Positions 18,152 through 25,834 of a DNA stretch of 32,000 bases are shown piece by piece. How positions within the stretch are numbered: position 1 is the stretch's first letter; each line of letters starts with the position of its first letter. Where the stretch lies: positions 1,680,001-1,712,000 of the forward strand of contig NC_022093.1 of the NCBI RefSeq assembly GCF_000446015.1. The letters are read 5' to 3'. The notes beneath the pieces are model-generated. The model saw nothing but the letters and a program-made list of their open reading frames with translations. It was not told the origin of the DNA and made no database searches. Made by a program: the position numbers and the translations under genes. The stretch comes from Thermofilum adornatum. Lineage in GTDB: Archaea; Thermoproteota; Thermoprotei; Thermofilales; Thermofilaceae.

Positions 18152-18961
18152 ATGGACTGCAAGGCTAAGGCATACATACTCTCCATTGGAAACGAGCTCT
18201 TAATTGGAAAAGTCACCAATACGAACGCGTCGTGGCTCGCCCAGAGGCTAACACTCCTAGGCTACTGTGTAGAGAGAATAATCGTCCTGCCAGACAACAT
18301 GGACGACATTGTAGAGGAGTTCCATAGGGCGGTTTCCAGGGCAGACCTCGTCATATCTACGGGCGGATTGGGACCCACACCAGACGACATTACAAACATA
18401 GCCCTAGCAAAGGCGCTCAACAGGGAGCTCGAGACAAACCCCGAGGCGCTCGAAATGCTCAAGGAAAAATACGCTAAGCGGGGCTACCCCCTCACCCCTG
18501 AACGCGAAAAAATGGCAAAGCTACCCAAGGGCGCTAGACCCCTGCCAAACCCAGTGGGGACGGCTCCCGGAATAATGGTCGAGACAGATTCACGCCTGAT
18601 CATTGTTCTTCCAGGGGTACCAGCAGAAATGGAAGCAATATTTAAAGACCACGTCGAGCCAATCCTCAAGTCAAGGGGGAGGCCGTACTTCTATAGGGAA
18701 AAAATGATTAGGGTAAAGGGTGTCCCAGAGGCAGACCTTACACCAATACTTAGAAGAGCACTTAAAATCGACGAAAAGGCATACGTAAAGAGCCACCCGC
18801 GCGGTCTCGAGGATGGGGTGCCAGTTGTAGAGATACACGTATATGCTTCTTCCAGCAGCGAGGAAGAGGCAAGCAATATTGTCGATAAGGTGGAAAAGTT
18901 CCTCATCGAAGAAATCAGGAAAACATTTGGACAATCGGCAAGCATATCTCCTCTAAACTGA
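18152..18961 (+). CDS. CinA-like / molybdopterin-binding (MoCF_BD) domain protein
   Basis: AYILSIGNELLIGKVTNTNASWLAQRL and ISTGGLGPTPDDIT are the CinA N-terminal domain signatures. Confidence 0.85.
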   Translation: MDCKAKAYILSIGNELLIGKVTNTNASWLAQRLTLLGYCVERIIVLPDNMDDIVEEFHRAVSRADLVISTGGLGPTPDDITNIALAKALNRELETNPEALEMLKEKYAKRGYPLTPEREKMAKLPKGARPLPNPVGTAPGIMVETDSRLIIVLPGVPAEMEAIFKDHVEPILKSRGRPYFYREKMIRVKGVPEADLTPILRRALKIDEKAYVKSHPRGLEDGVPVVEIHVYASSSSEEEASNIVDKVEKFLIEEIRKTFGQSASISPLN

Positions 18962-19002
18962 TGCCCAAGAAACCTTTTTCCATGATTCTCGTTTAACGTG
19001 GT

Positions 19003-19335
19003 TCACTTATTGGAACTCTCATATATAATGGATAAGACTTCTTCTATGTATTCTTTTTCGCTAAGCTCCGTAGGCTTAGAGTAACACATTAAATCGCCCA
19101 AAAGAACCCTCATCTTTACAATGTTCTTTGTGTTAAGTTCTCCGAAAACCTTCAGCGTTGCCTTTTGCAACAGTTCCCCGCATGTCTTCTTGAGCAACTC
19201 GGCTAGGGGCTCATAGTGGCTTGAGGCTGAGAGGGAATGTAGCAAGAGGTTTCTCATTTTTGGGTCAGAATACTTTGAAATATAGGACTCGGCGATGCAT
19301 CTCAGAAGGTCTTTTCCTGCGATATCTTTCTCCAA
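19003..19335 (-). CDS. Hypothetical helical protein (AT-rich orphan ORF)
   Basis: A 110-codon ORF whose only start at 19335 is TTG (first ATG at codon 27). I recognised no motif. One hand-counted 60-nt sample gave about 30% GC. Confidence 0.35.
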   Translation of the reverse strand: MEKDIAGKDLLRCIAESYISKYSDPKMRNLLLHSLSASSHYEPLAELLKKTCGELLQKATLKVFGELNTKNIVKMRVLLGDLMCYSKPTELSEKEYIEEVLSIIYESSNK

Positions 19336-19514
19336 GCAACCGCTAATTACTTCTGCGGGGAGAGCTTTCGTGTCTCACGGGGAATAGTTGAACTTGGGAA
19401 GACAAGAGTCGTCTTGGATGCTAAAAACGGGAAAGTGCTCCTGGAAAACCCCTAACGGAGAAACTCTTCTTTACGCTCAGATGAGCTTAGGCCTCAAAGC
19501 CTGAGGACAGAGGT

Positions 19515-20042
19515 TCAGGGATCGAGTGATTTCTCCTTGCTCTCTAGGATTTTAATGAACTTTTCATGAATTAGCTTGGCTTGTGGTTTAAATTCTTCCG
19601 GCATATATGGGTCTTCTAATTGACTTCTGATCCTCTCCTTTGCCCAAGCGTAATCTCCTCTCTGCAGTGCGTATTCTATTTCCTTTTCGAGTGCAATATA
19701 GTGAGTTGTGTAAACTAGTGTTCTGGGAGAATCAACAATTATCCTCCTGTGAATTTTAAAACCCCTTTTCTTCCATTCATTTATCTCAACGAGCTCGTGT
19801 ATCAGAAGATATTCGTTTTCGAGAACATCTCTAAAGTTAACCTTGTCCTCAGTGTAGGTATCAGTAGACATGTAGTCGACAAGATCTTGAGCAGAGACAT
19901 CCAGGTGATAGTTAAGTGACTCTAAAATCCTCCGGGCTTTCTCAATTTTACTCTCAATTTCCTCAAGCATTGATCTCGCCTCTAACGTGCCAGTAGCAAT
20001 GAGCTCTTCATTTGTTATCCCAAAAAAGTTCACCTGATTCAT
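19515..20042 (-). CDS. Hypothetical alpha-helical protein (175 aa), overlaps 3' end of ATPase gene
   Basis: The ATG at 20042 (MNQVNFFGITNEE) is preferred over 20087. It overlaps the upstream gene by 35 nt. It contains LIHELVEINEW and RTLVYTTH (an Rx6H spacing compatible with, but not proof of, a HEPN-type motif). Confidence 0.5.
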   Translation of the reverse strand: MNQVNFFGITNEELIATGTLEARSMLEEIESKIEKARRILESLNYHLDVSAQDLVDYMSTDTYTEDKVNFRDVLENEYLLIHELVEINEWKKRGFKIHRRIIVDSPRTLVYTTHYIALEKEIEYALQRGDYAWAKERIRSQLEDPYMPEEFKPQAKLIHEKFIKILESKEKSLDP

Positions 20043-21306
20043 GAGCCTTCTGTGTGGAGATTTTTGTCTCGCTGACCATCTTTGCAAGAGAGACTAATTC
20101 GTCGGGACCAAGCGTCTCAGCGCCCTCTATTTCTGGAGGTTTTTCTTTCAGGCTGATGAGTCCCGCGTGGGGTATTCCTAGGGAGTGTATTCTTTCAAGG
20201 GCTCTCTTGGCCTCGTTTTGCTCAATGCTACCTAGCTTTACCTCGTAGCCTGCGATGGGCCTTTTACCCTTAAGTACAATTACGTCTACGTCTCCAAACG
20301 GTGAAACATAAAACCCTGCTACACCGGAGTACCTTTCAGCCATTAGCTCGGCAATACATGCTTCTGCCTCTCTTCCCAGTGCCGTGTTTGCCGCCTCCGG
20401 GGTAGCCTGGTAGCCCTCACTCACCGAAAATTTTTGATCCAAATAGTAGACCAGCGACAGTAGTGGTGAAGAGTGCCTGTAGTAGACCTTGGCTCCTCCA
20501 GATCTCCAAGCCTTTAACTTCCTGACTAATCCCATTTTCACCATTCGCTCAAGTATACCCACAACAGCAGAGGCTCCACCCTCCACGAGCCCCTTAGGAG
20601 CCAAGACGCCCGCGATTTCGGCCGGCTTCCAATAACCCTCTGCGAGCAACCTCAGCACTGCTTCATACAGCGTTGTGAGTCTCCTCTCTTCCTCCACGAA
20701 CACCTCTCCAACAAGACCCATACTTGCAAGCGCCAGCCTCCCAGCGTTTTCAGCAATGAAAACCGCAGGGGGCAGGCTTAGGTCAACAAAGGGGACAATC
20801 CATGGATCCCTAACAATTATTGCCCAAAGCAGTGCTTTTTCAGGATTAAGCCTTTCCACAAGAGAAGAAACTGCATCCGCATAGCTTACAACATCGACCC
20901 GGAGAGGATTCACCAGGCCCAGCAGGGGGCTCCTCCTGGAAAAAACCTTCTCAACAACACCAAAACTTGACCCAGAAAGCACGAGCCTGCCTAAAGGGTG
21001 CGCAAGGGCCAGCATGTCCCAGTAGTTTTCAGGAAGCCTCTGGAACTCATCAATGACTACGCACTCCCCCCTTCTGAGGGCATCTACGACACGCTGAAGC
21101 CCCTCCTCTAAACCTGTCTTCTCGATGCCCCCATTGCTTTCAAGAAAAATCTCCCTAGACCTCGTTACAGTTGCATAAATGCTCCAAGAAAGCTCCCTTC
21201 TAAGCAGAAAAGTTTTACCAACCTTTCTCCTACCATATACAAGTAGCCAGCCCCTCGCCTTCTTAAGTTCCTCAGCTTCTCTCCGCCTAAGCACAATTTG
21301 CTCCAT
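20008..21306 (-). CDS. Archaeal ATPase (Arch_ATPase-type P-loop) with wHTH and C-terminal DUF234 / PD-(D/E)xK-like module
   Basis: Walker A YGRRKVGKTFLL and Walker B VVIDEFQRL. The C-terminus FGDVDVIVLKGKRPIAGYEVKLG has D...E-x-K spacing typical of DUF234 restriction-endonuclease-like domains. Confidence 0.8.
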   Translation of the reverse strand: MEQIVLRRREAEELKKARGWLLVYGRRKVGKTFLLRRELSWSIYATVTRSREIFLESNGGIEKTGLEEGLQRVVDALRRGECVVIDEFQRLPENYWDMLALAHPLGRLVLSGSSFGVVEKVFSRRSPLLGLVNPLRVDVVSYADAVSSLVERLNPEKALLWAIIVRDPWIVPFVDLSLPPAVFIAENAGRLALASMGLVGEVFVEEERRLTTLYEAVLRLLAEGYWKPAEIAGVLAPKGLVEGGASAVVGILERMVKMGLVRKLKAWRSGGAKVYYRHSSPLLSLVYYLDQKFSVSEGYQATPEAANTALGREAEACIAELMAERYSGVAGFYVSPFGDVDVIVLKGKRPIAGYEVKLGSIEQNEAKRALERIHSLGIPHAGLISLKEKPPEIEGAETLGPDELVSLAKMVSETKISTQKAHESGELFWDNK

Positions 21307-21366
21307 GTGAATATTCTGGTAGGAATATTCGCATCTGTTATAAAAATCTTTCCAAAAGGTGCCTGT

Positions 21367-21373
21367 AAAAAAA
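21367..21373 (-). terminator. T7 tract downstream of the RHH gene
   Basis: An A7 run on the + strand (T7 on the coding strand) lies about 48 nt after stop 21421-21423 and before the ATPase promoter-like box. Confidence 0.4.
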
Positions 21374-21420
21374 GACTTTCTAGCTTACTAAACTGTTCCA
21401 GTTGCGCTAGGAAGAGACGC

Positions 21421-22092
21421 CTACTCTTCTTTGAACTGGCTCTCCACTTCTCTTCTGAGGGATTCCTGGAGCTCCTTGATTTTCCTCGCTTGGTCCAGTG
21501 CCCTTTGCACCCAGTCTTTGCTTGCCTCAATGCCCTTGGACACGAAGAATGCTACAGCCTCGCTTCTAGTCCTGAATATGCCCGCCTGGACGAGCTCGTC
21601 TATAATTTCGAGGTCTTTCCTGTTTATTCTCGCCGAGACAATGTTGGGGGTCTTGCCAATTGTTTTGAATGTTTCTTCTAGGCCTTTCGTGACGGAGTCT
21701 ATTGCTTGACCTATAATCACGCCAATATTCTCTAGGCTCTTAGAAATCGTGCTGAGTGACTGCGATATTTGTGACTCGAACTGTGAGGGCTTCGAAAGCT
21801 TCTGCGAGATTTTCTCTAGGGAAGACTTTATCTCCCTGAATTTCTCCTCGAATATTTTTTCGAGCTCTCGCTGTGTAGCCTCGTCGCTTGTCTTGGCTTT
21901 CTCGCGGAACTTTTCGAATGACGCCTGAAAATCACTCATCATGCTTGTGGATTCCTGTTTCCAAAGATTGTATGCTTCCTGGGTTTTTCCCTCCGCAACC
22001 AGCCTATCTATACTAGCGAGCAAGTCGTTTAGCCTTGTTTCAATGTTTTTCAGCATTTGTTCTAGTTCGTTTTTTAGTTCTTCTCCTGACAT
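21421..22092 (-). CDS. Coiled-coil protein with C-terminal ribbon-helix-helix (CopG-like) domain
   Basis: The N-terminal 150 aa or so are heptad-rich and charged. NIVSARINRKDLEIIDELVQAGIFRTRSEAVAFFVSKGI is an RHH pattern. It has its own A/T boxes (cttatatagg, tataatttatac) 10-35 nt upstream and an oligo-T tract downstream. Confidence 0.6.
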   Translation of the reverse strand: MSGEELKNELEQMLKNIETRLNDLLASIDRLVAEGKTQEAYNLWKQESTSMMSDFQASFEKFREKAKTSDEATQRELEKIFEEKFREIKSSLEKISQKLSKPSQFESQISQSLSTISKSLENIGVIIGQAIDSVTKGLEETFKTIGKTPNIVSARINRKDLEIIDELVQAGIFRTRSEAVAFFVSKGIEASKDWVQRALDQARKIKELQESLRREVESQFKEE

Positions 22093-22133
22093 GTATTTTC
22101 GTATAAATTATACACAAATACCTATATAAGTTT

Positions 22134-23597
22134 TTACGTTTCCTTTATCCTCTCTATCTCTTCTCTTGTCATCGGCACCCACTTGTCGCCTACTAGCTTC
22201 ACATATCCCAGCGTATATTTCTCGTATAGGTCGAGAACCTTTCTCCTCAGCCACTTGTGCGGTATAAAGGTGGGCGTAGCATTGATGTTGTCGAAGTGTA
22301 GCATCTCGACGTGCCACACTGGCTCCGCTTTTCCCTGCTTCCACACGCCCCTCTGTGTAGCAAGGTATATCGAGTGCTGTATCAGTGATGGCTCTAGCCT
22401 TATTAGTCCCCTGGCTATTCTCTGCGGCAGGGTCTCTATGTGTTTGTCTTCGTATCTTAGGAGCCTAGGGTCTATTCCGACTGCTAGGAGCATTAGCTGT
22501 ACCCCGTTGCACTTGAAACAGGTTCCGCATGGCTTTACTACGCCGTTCTCTATGTGTGTGGAGTGGCAACTAGTTATAAGTGGGATTAGGTCTGGATACC
22601 TGTCTTTGAATATTTTCAGCATGCTTATGGGCGTCAGTGGCCTCAGTGGGGACCACTGCTTTATGTCGAGCCCCTTGGCCTTGAAGTAGCCTGTCATGTA
22701 GTTGTCGAAGTCTAGGCTCTGGTCAAAGGTTGCATAGTAGTGCCTTATGCCCTTGTACTCGAATGTGAGGCCGGATGGGTCGTCGAACTCGTTGCCCATA
22801 ACTATGTTGCCGACCCCATGTTTAAGCGCTATTGGTATAAATGAGAGGATATAGTTAGCGTACCAGAAGAGCCTTACGGGGTAGATTTCCCTGTTTTTCC
22901 TCCAGTAGTATGGGACAACTATCTTCATGTTTTTCTCGATAAAGGCAAAAAGCCTGTCAATGTTGCTCCAGACCTTCCTGGTGTTTGGGTCCCTCCTCGC
23001 CAGCTCCCTGTACGCTGTTAGGGCTGTCCACCAGTGTCTCCCAGACTCGTTGAGGAAGAATGAGTAAACATTGCAGCCCATTTCTCGGAGCAACCCATAC
23101 GTGAAGAGACTTTCCTTTCCACCTGACGACATTACGCCGCAGCTCTTCTCGTCGAGCTGGACGGGGCCAATATCTTTGCTAGTTATTTTCTCGGCCGAGA
23201 CGTGTGCCTTCGGCTCTGCGTCTTCCGGGGTTACGTCTTCTGGATTGGGAAGGTACTCTTCCCTTATGAGCCCAGTCCGGTTGACTATCCTATTTACAAA
23301 TATGTCTCTTGCCGTTACACGTGACATGTCCTCGAAAAACTTCAAGTCTACCTGGTCGAGCTCGAGGTCAAGCTTTATCTCGTCGCTGAACAAGGTATAG
23401 TTTATGGCTGGGACAATGCCGGCAACATTGAAGAAGGCTGATAGGACCCTTTGGTCGATGTCTTCGGGATAAACGTTGACTAATTCATACTCTTTCCTGA
23501 GCCCGTCGAACTCCAGCGTGTATTTGACGCTAGTCCTTCTACCCTTTACCTCGGCTGGACCAACGATGATCCTGTCGAAGCACTTCAGATTTACCAA
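22134..23597 (-). CDS. QueC-like PP-loop ATP pyrophosphatase superfamily protein with unassigned N- and C-terminal extensions
   Basis: CGVMSSGGKES (an SGGxDS-type PP-loop with E in place of D), VMGNEFDD, and TSCHS...PCGTCFKCNG parallel the QueC layout (PP-loop, G.n.D, SCY...CGxCxxC). About 150 aa N-terminal and about 90 aa C-terminal carry no motif I recognise. The TTG start at 23597 lies 4 nt after the upstream stop, within TAGAGGATTG. Confidence 0.55.
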   Translation of the reverse strand: MVNLKCFDRIIVGPAEVKGRRTSVKYTLEFDGLRKEYELVNVYPEDIDQRVLSAFFNVAGIVPAINYTLFSDEIKLDLELDQVDLKFFEDMSRVTARDIFVNRIVNRTGLIREEYLPNPEDVTPEDAEPKAHVSAEKITSKDIGPVQLDEKSCGVMSSGGKESLFTYGLLREMGCNVYSFFLNESGRHWWTALTAYRELARRDPNTRKVWSNIDRLFAFIEKNMKIVVPYYWRKNREIYPVRLFWYANYILSFIPIALKHGVGNIVMGNEFDDPSGLTFEYKGIRHYYATFDQSLDFDNYMTGYFKAKGLDIKQWSPLRPLTPISMLKIFKDRYPDLIPLITSCHSTHIENGVVKPCGTCFKCNGVQLMLLAVGIDPRLLRYEDKHIETLPQRIARGLIRLEPSLIQHSIYLATQRGVWKQGKAEPVWHVEMLHFDNINATPTFIPHKWLRRKVLDLYEKYTLGYVKLVGDKWVPMTREEIERIKET

Positions 23598-23601
23598 TCC
23601 T

Positions 23602-24663
23602 CTACACCTTTAGCTCGGGGAAATCTCTCAGCATCAAGTCGACGATTCTGCCTACCCCTTCCAGTAGCGGGATGACCGTTGGTATGCCTGTCTCCTTCTC
23701 GATTCTCTCTTTTTCTCGGAGCGCCTCCTCTCTGCCGAGGCCCTCGGTGTTGATCGTTATTGCATATACCCTTCTATCCGTTATGAGCTCCACGAGCCTT
23801 AGGAACTTTTCCAGGGGAGGCATGGGGTACTCTGGGAAGCCGTCTAGATGCTTCCTTCCAGGGGCATGCTGGAGAACGACTACTTCAGGCTTCAGGAGGT
23901 TGAGGATCTCGTAGCTACCTGGAAAAACTGGATGCAAAGGCGACCCCTGGCCGGGCACAACGATTACCTTGGGTTTTTCCTCTACGTATGCCCTCAAGAC
24001 AGTTTCCTCGAGAACCCCCGGGATAAAGTCGTTGATTACGCTGTCGAGAACAAACACGTATTTTGCACCCTGCATCCACGCGGTCTGGCCGGTCCCCACG
24101 AATACGGCCTTTACACTCCTCTTATTAAGCTCGTCTGTAATCATGTGGGCTACGGTCCTCTTGCCTATCGCTGAGTCAGTCCCGATAACTACGACCTTGA
24201 GGGCTTTGACTTCTCTTATCCTGCCAGTATAGAAGACACGTTTATTATAGTAGATCTTCCTGACATCAATTATTTCTGCGCCGTGCTCCCTTGCGAGCCG
24301 CATTAACTCTGGGTCATCGCTCAGAAACTCGTGGAGACCAGAAACTATGCTTAGACCCTTCTTCAGGGCCTCTTTCACTATGGCCCTATAGTTTTCTGGC
24401 AACTTTCCGCCGGCTGTAGCGACGCCTATTATTAGAAACCTTGTGTCTGGGTGCTCTCTTAAGGCTTCCCCTAGTGAAGAATAGATCTTTATCCCCCTAG
24501 GCTTGCCGTCCAGCACTTCTCCCGCGTCCCTTCCAGCCAGCGTGCTGTCAATAACTCCAACGATTTTGTATCGAAGGCTTTTCCTCACGAGGCCGTGCGC
24601 CGTCTTGCCGTCTGTCGAAGAATACAAACCCTCGGCCAGTACTACTGCTTTTCCCTCCTCCAT
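23602..24663 (-). CDS. DUF1611-family protein (DgcN-like)
   Basis: VVLAEGLYSSTDGKTAHGLVR, VSGLHEFLSDDPEL, IGTDSAIGKRT, VGTGQTAWMQG and PGQGSPLHP match the conserved blocks of the DUF1611 family as I recall them. Confidence 0.8.
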   Translation of the reverse strand: MEEGKAVVLAEGLYSSTDGKTAHGLVRKSLRYKIVGVIDSTLAGRDAGEVLDGKPRGIKIYSSLGEALREHPDTRFLIIGVATAGGKLPENYRAIVKEALKKGLSIVSGLHEFLSDDPELMRLAREHGAEIIDVRKIYYNKRVFYTGRIREVKALKVVVIGTDSAIGKRTVAHMITDELNKRSVKAVFVGTGQTAWMQGAKYVFVLDSVINDFIPGVLEETVLRAYVEEKPKVIVVPGQGSPLHPVFPGSYEILNLLKPEVVVLQHAPGRKHLDGFPEYPMPPLEKFLRLVELITDRRVYAITINTEGLGREEALREKERIEKETGIPTVIPLLEGVGRIVDLMLRDFPELKV

Positions 24664-25622
24664 CTCCCAGTAATCACCGCTACGACTGGCCCGTCGACCT
24701 GCTCCCGAGACAGGAAGTCCCTCACAGCCAGAAGGGAAGAAGACGACGCTGGGAGAGCGTTTACCCCCTCGACAGCCCTCAGCAACAGCGACATCTCGAC
24801 CATCTCATCGTCCATGTAGGCGTAGGCGACGCCTTCAGAGTGGTATATAGCCATGAGTGCTTCCTTTGCGTTTAGGGACTGTATTGCGACCAGGGGCTCG
24901 TTGACAGGGGTCTCCCTTGCAAGGTACGTGTTCACTGGCAGTGGGTCTATGGAGCCCATTAGCCACGAGTATACAAGCTGGTTAACATGTATAGTGCTCG
25001 CCGCTATGATTCTAGGAATCCTCGTCGTGTCTCCCGCCTTGTACATCCTCCTAAAACCGTTATAGACGCCTACCAGCGTGGTTCCGTTGCCCACAGGTAT
25101 AGCTATCGCCGCAGGCGCGTCGCCGAGCTGTTCAACTATCTCACGGGCTATCTCAGAGTAGGCGTCGAGGCTCGCGTGGTCATTTATGCTCCCAGGGTTA
25201 GCGTCGTACCATCCATTCGCCTTCGCGGCCTCGACACTCAGCGATACGGCTGTCTCGTATGGGCCCTCAACAAGGACTACCTTTGCTCCGTATCTCTTCA
25301 TCTCGGAGACCCTGCTGTGCTTGTACCCTTTGGGTACATAGATAACAGCCTTGACGCCGGCCCTCCGTGCATAGTACGCTATGGCTGCACCATAGTTCCC
25401 ACAAGTGCCAACAGTAATCGTGTCATAGCCGTTTACCAAGACCTCCCTCACGTGTGAAATGGCCGCTCTATCCTTATGTGTGCCTGTCGGGTTTGCACCC
25501 TCATATTTTAGGTAAACTGGGGCACCATCAAAGCCCAACAATTTCTTGATAGAAGTCAGCCGAATAAGCGGCGTCGCTACCAGTAACAGTTTACTACTCG
25601 ATGAGTCCTCCTCCACCTTCAC
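24642..25622 (-). CDS. Pyridoxal-phosphate-dependent enzyme, fold type II (threonine synthase/cysteine synthase-like)
   Basis: TPLIRL...YLKYEGANPTGTHKDRAA contains the PLP-lysine motif, and VGTCGNYGAAIAYYA and PVGNGTTLVG are also present. GTG start at 25622. It overlaps the DUF1611 gene by 22 nt. Confidence 0.8.
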   Translation of the reverse strand: MKVEEDSSSSKLLLVATPLIRLTSIKKLLGFDGAPVYLKYEGANPTGTHKDRAAISHVREVLVNGYDTITVGTCGNYGAAIAYYARRAGVKAVIYVPKGYKHSRVSEMKRYGAKVVLVEGPYETAVSLSVEAAKANGWYDANPGSINDHASLDAYSEIAREIVEQLGDAPAAIAIPVGNGTTLVGVYNGFRRMYKAGDTTRIPRIIAASTIHVNQLVYSWLMGSIDPLPVNTYLARETPVNEPLVAIQSLNAKEALMAIYHSEGVAYAYMDDEMVEMSLLLRAVEGVNALPASSSSLLAVRDFLSREQVDGPVVAVITGRWRREKQ

Positions 25623-25762
25623 CTTTCACCGTCACTATTACGCTTCTTGTACTCTGGGTTAAATCTTAGTCATCTTTCATTGGTTTAATAACTAATACAA
25701 TCATTGGAAAAAAGGGTGAAGTAAACGTCGAACGGTATAAATCCAAGTAACAGGATTGCATG

Positions 25763-25798
25763 TTTTAACTTTCGCCCTATATACTTCAACTGAAAAAC
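25763..25798 (+). promoter_or_regulatory. Promoter-like repeat, copy A (TTTTAACTTTCGCCCTATATACTT...GAAAAAC)
   Basis: The TATATA at 25778-25783 lies about 52-57 nt upstream of the DUF554 start. It is near-identical to copy B at 27213-27242. Confidence 0.5.
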
Positions 25799-25834
25799 AT
25801 GCAACACAGAGTAGCAAACACTTAAAAACAATGC

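Noticed and set aside
19336-19514. A short plus-strand reading frame ending ...GIVELGKTRVVLDAKNGKVLLENP* in the 180-nt gap
   Set aside because: It is under 60 aa, has no start codon context, and is partly antisense to the 110-aa ORF. I mention it only as a possible gene remnant in the AT-rich segment.
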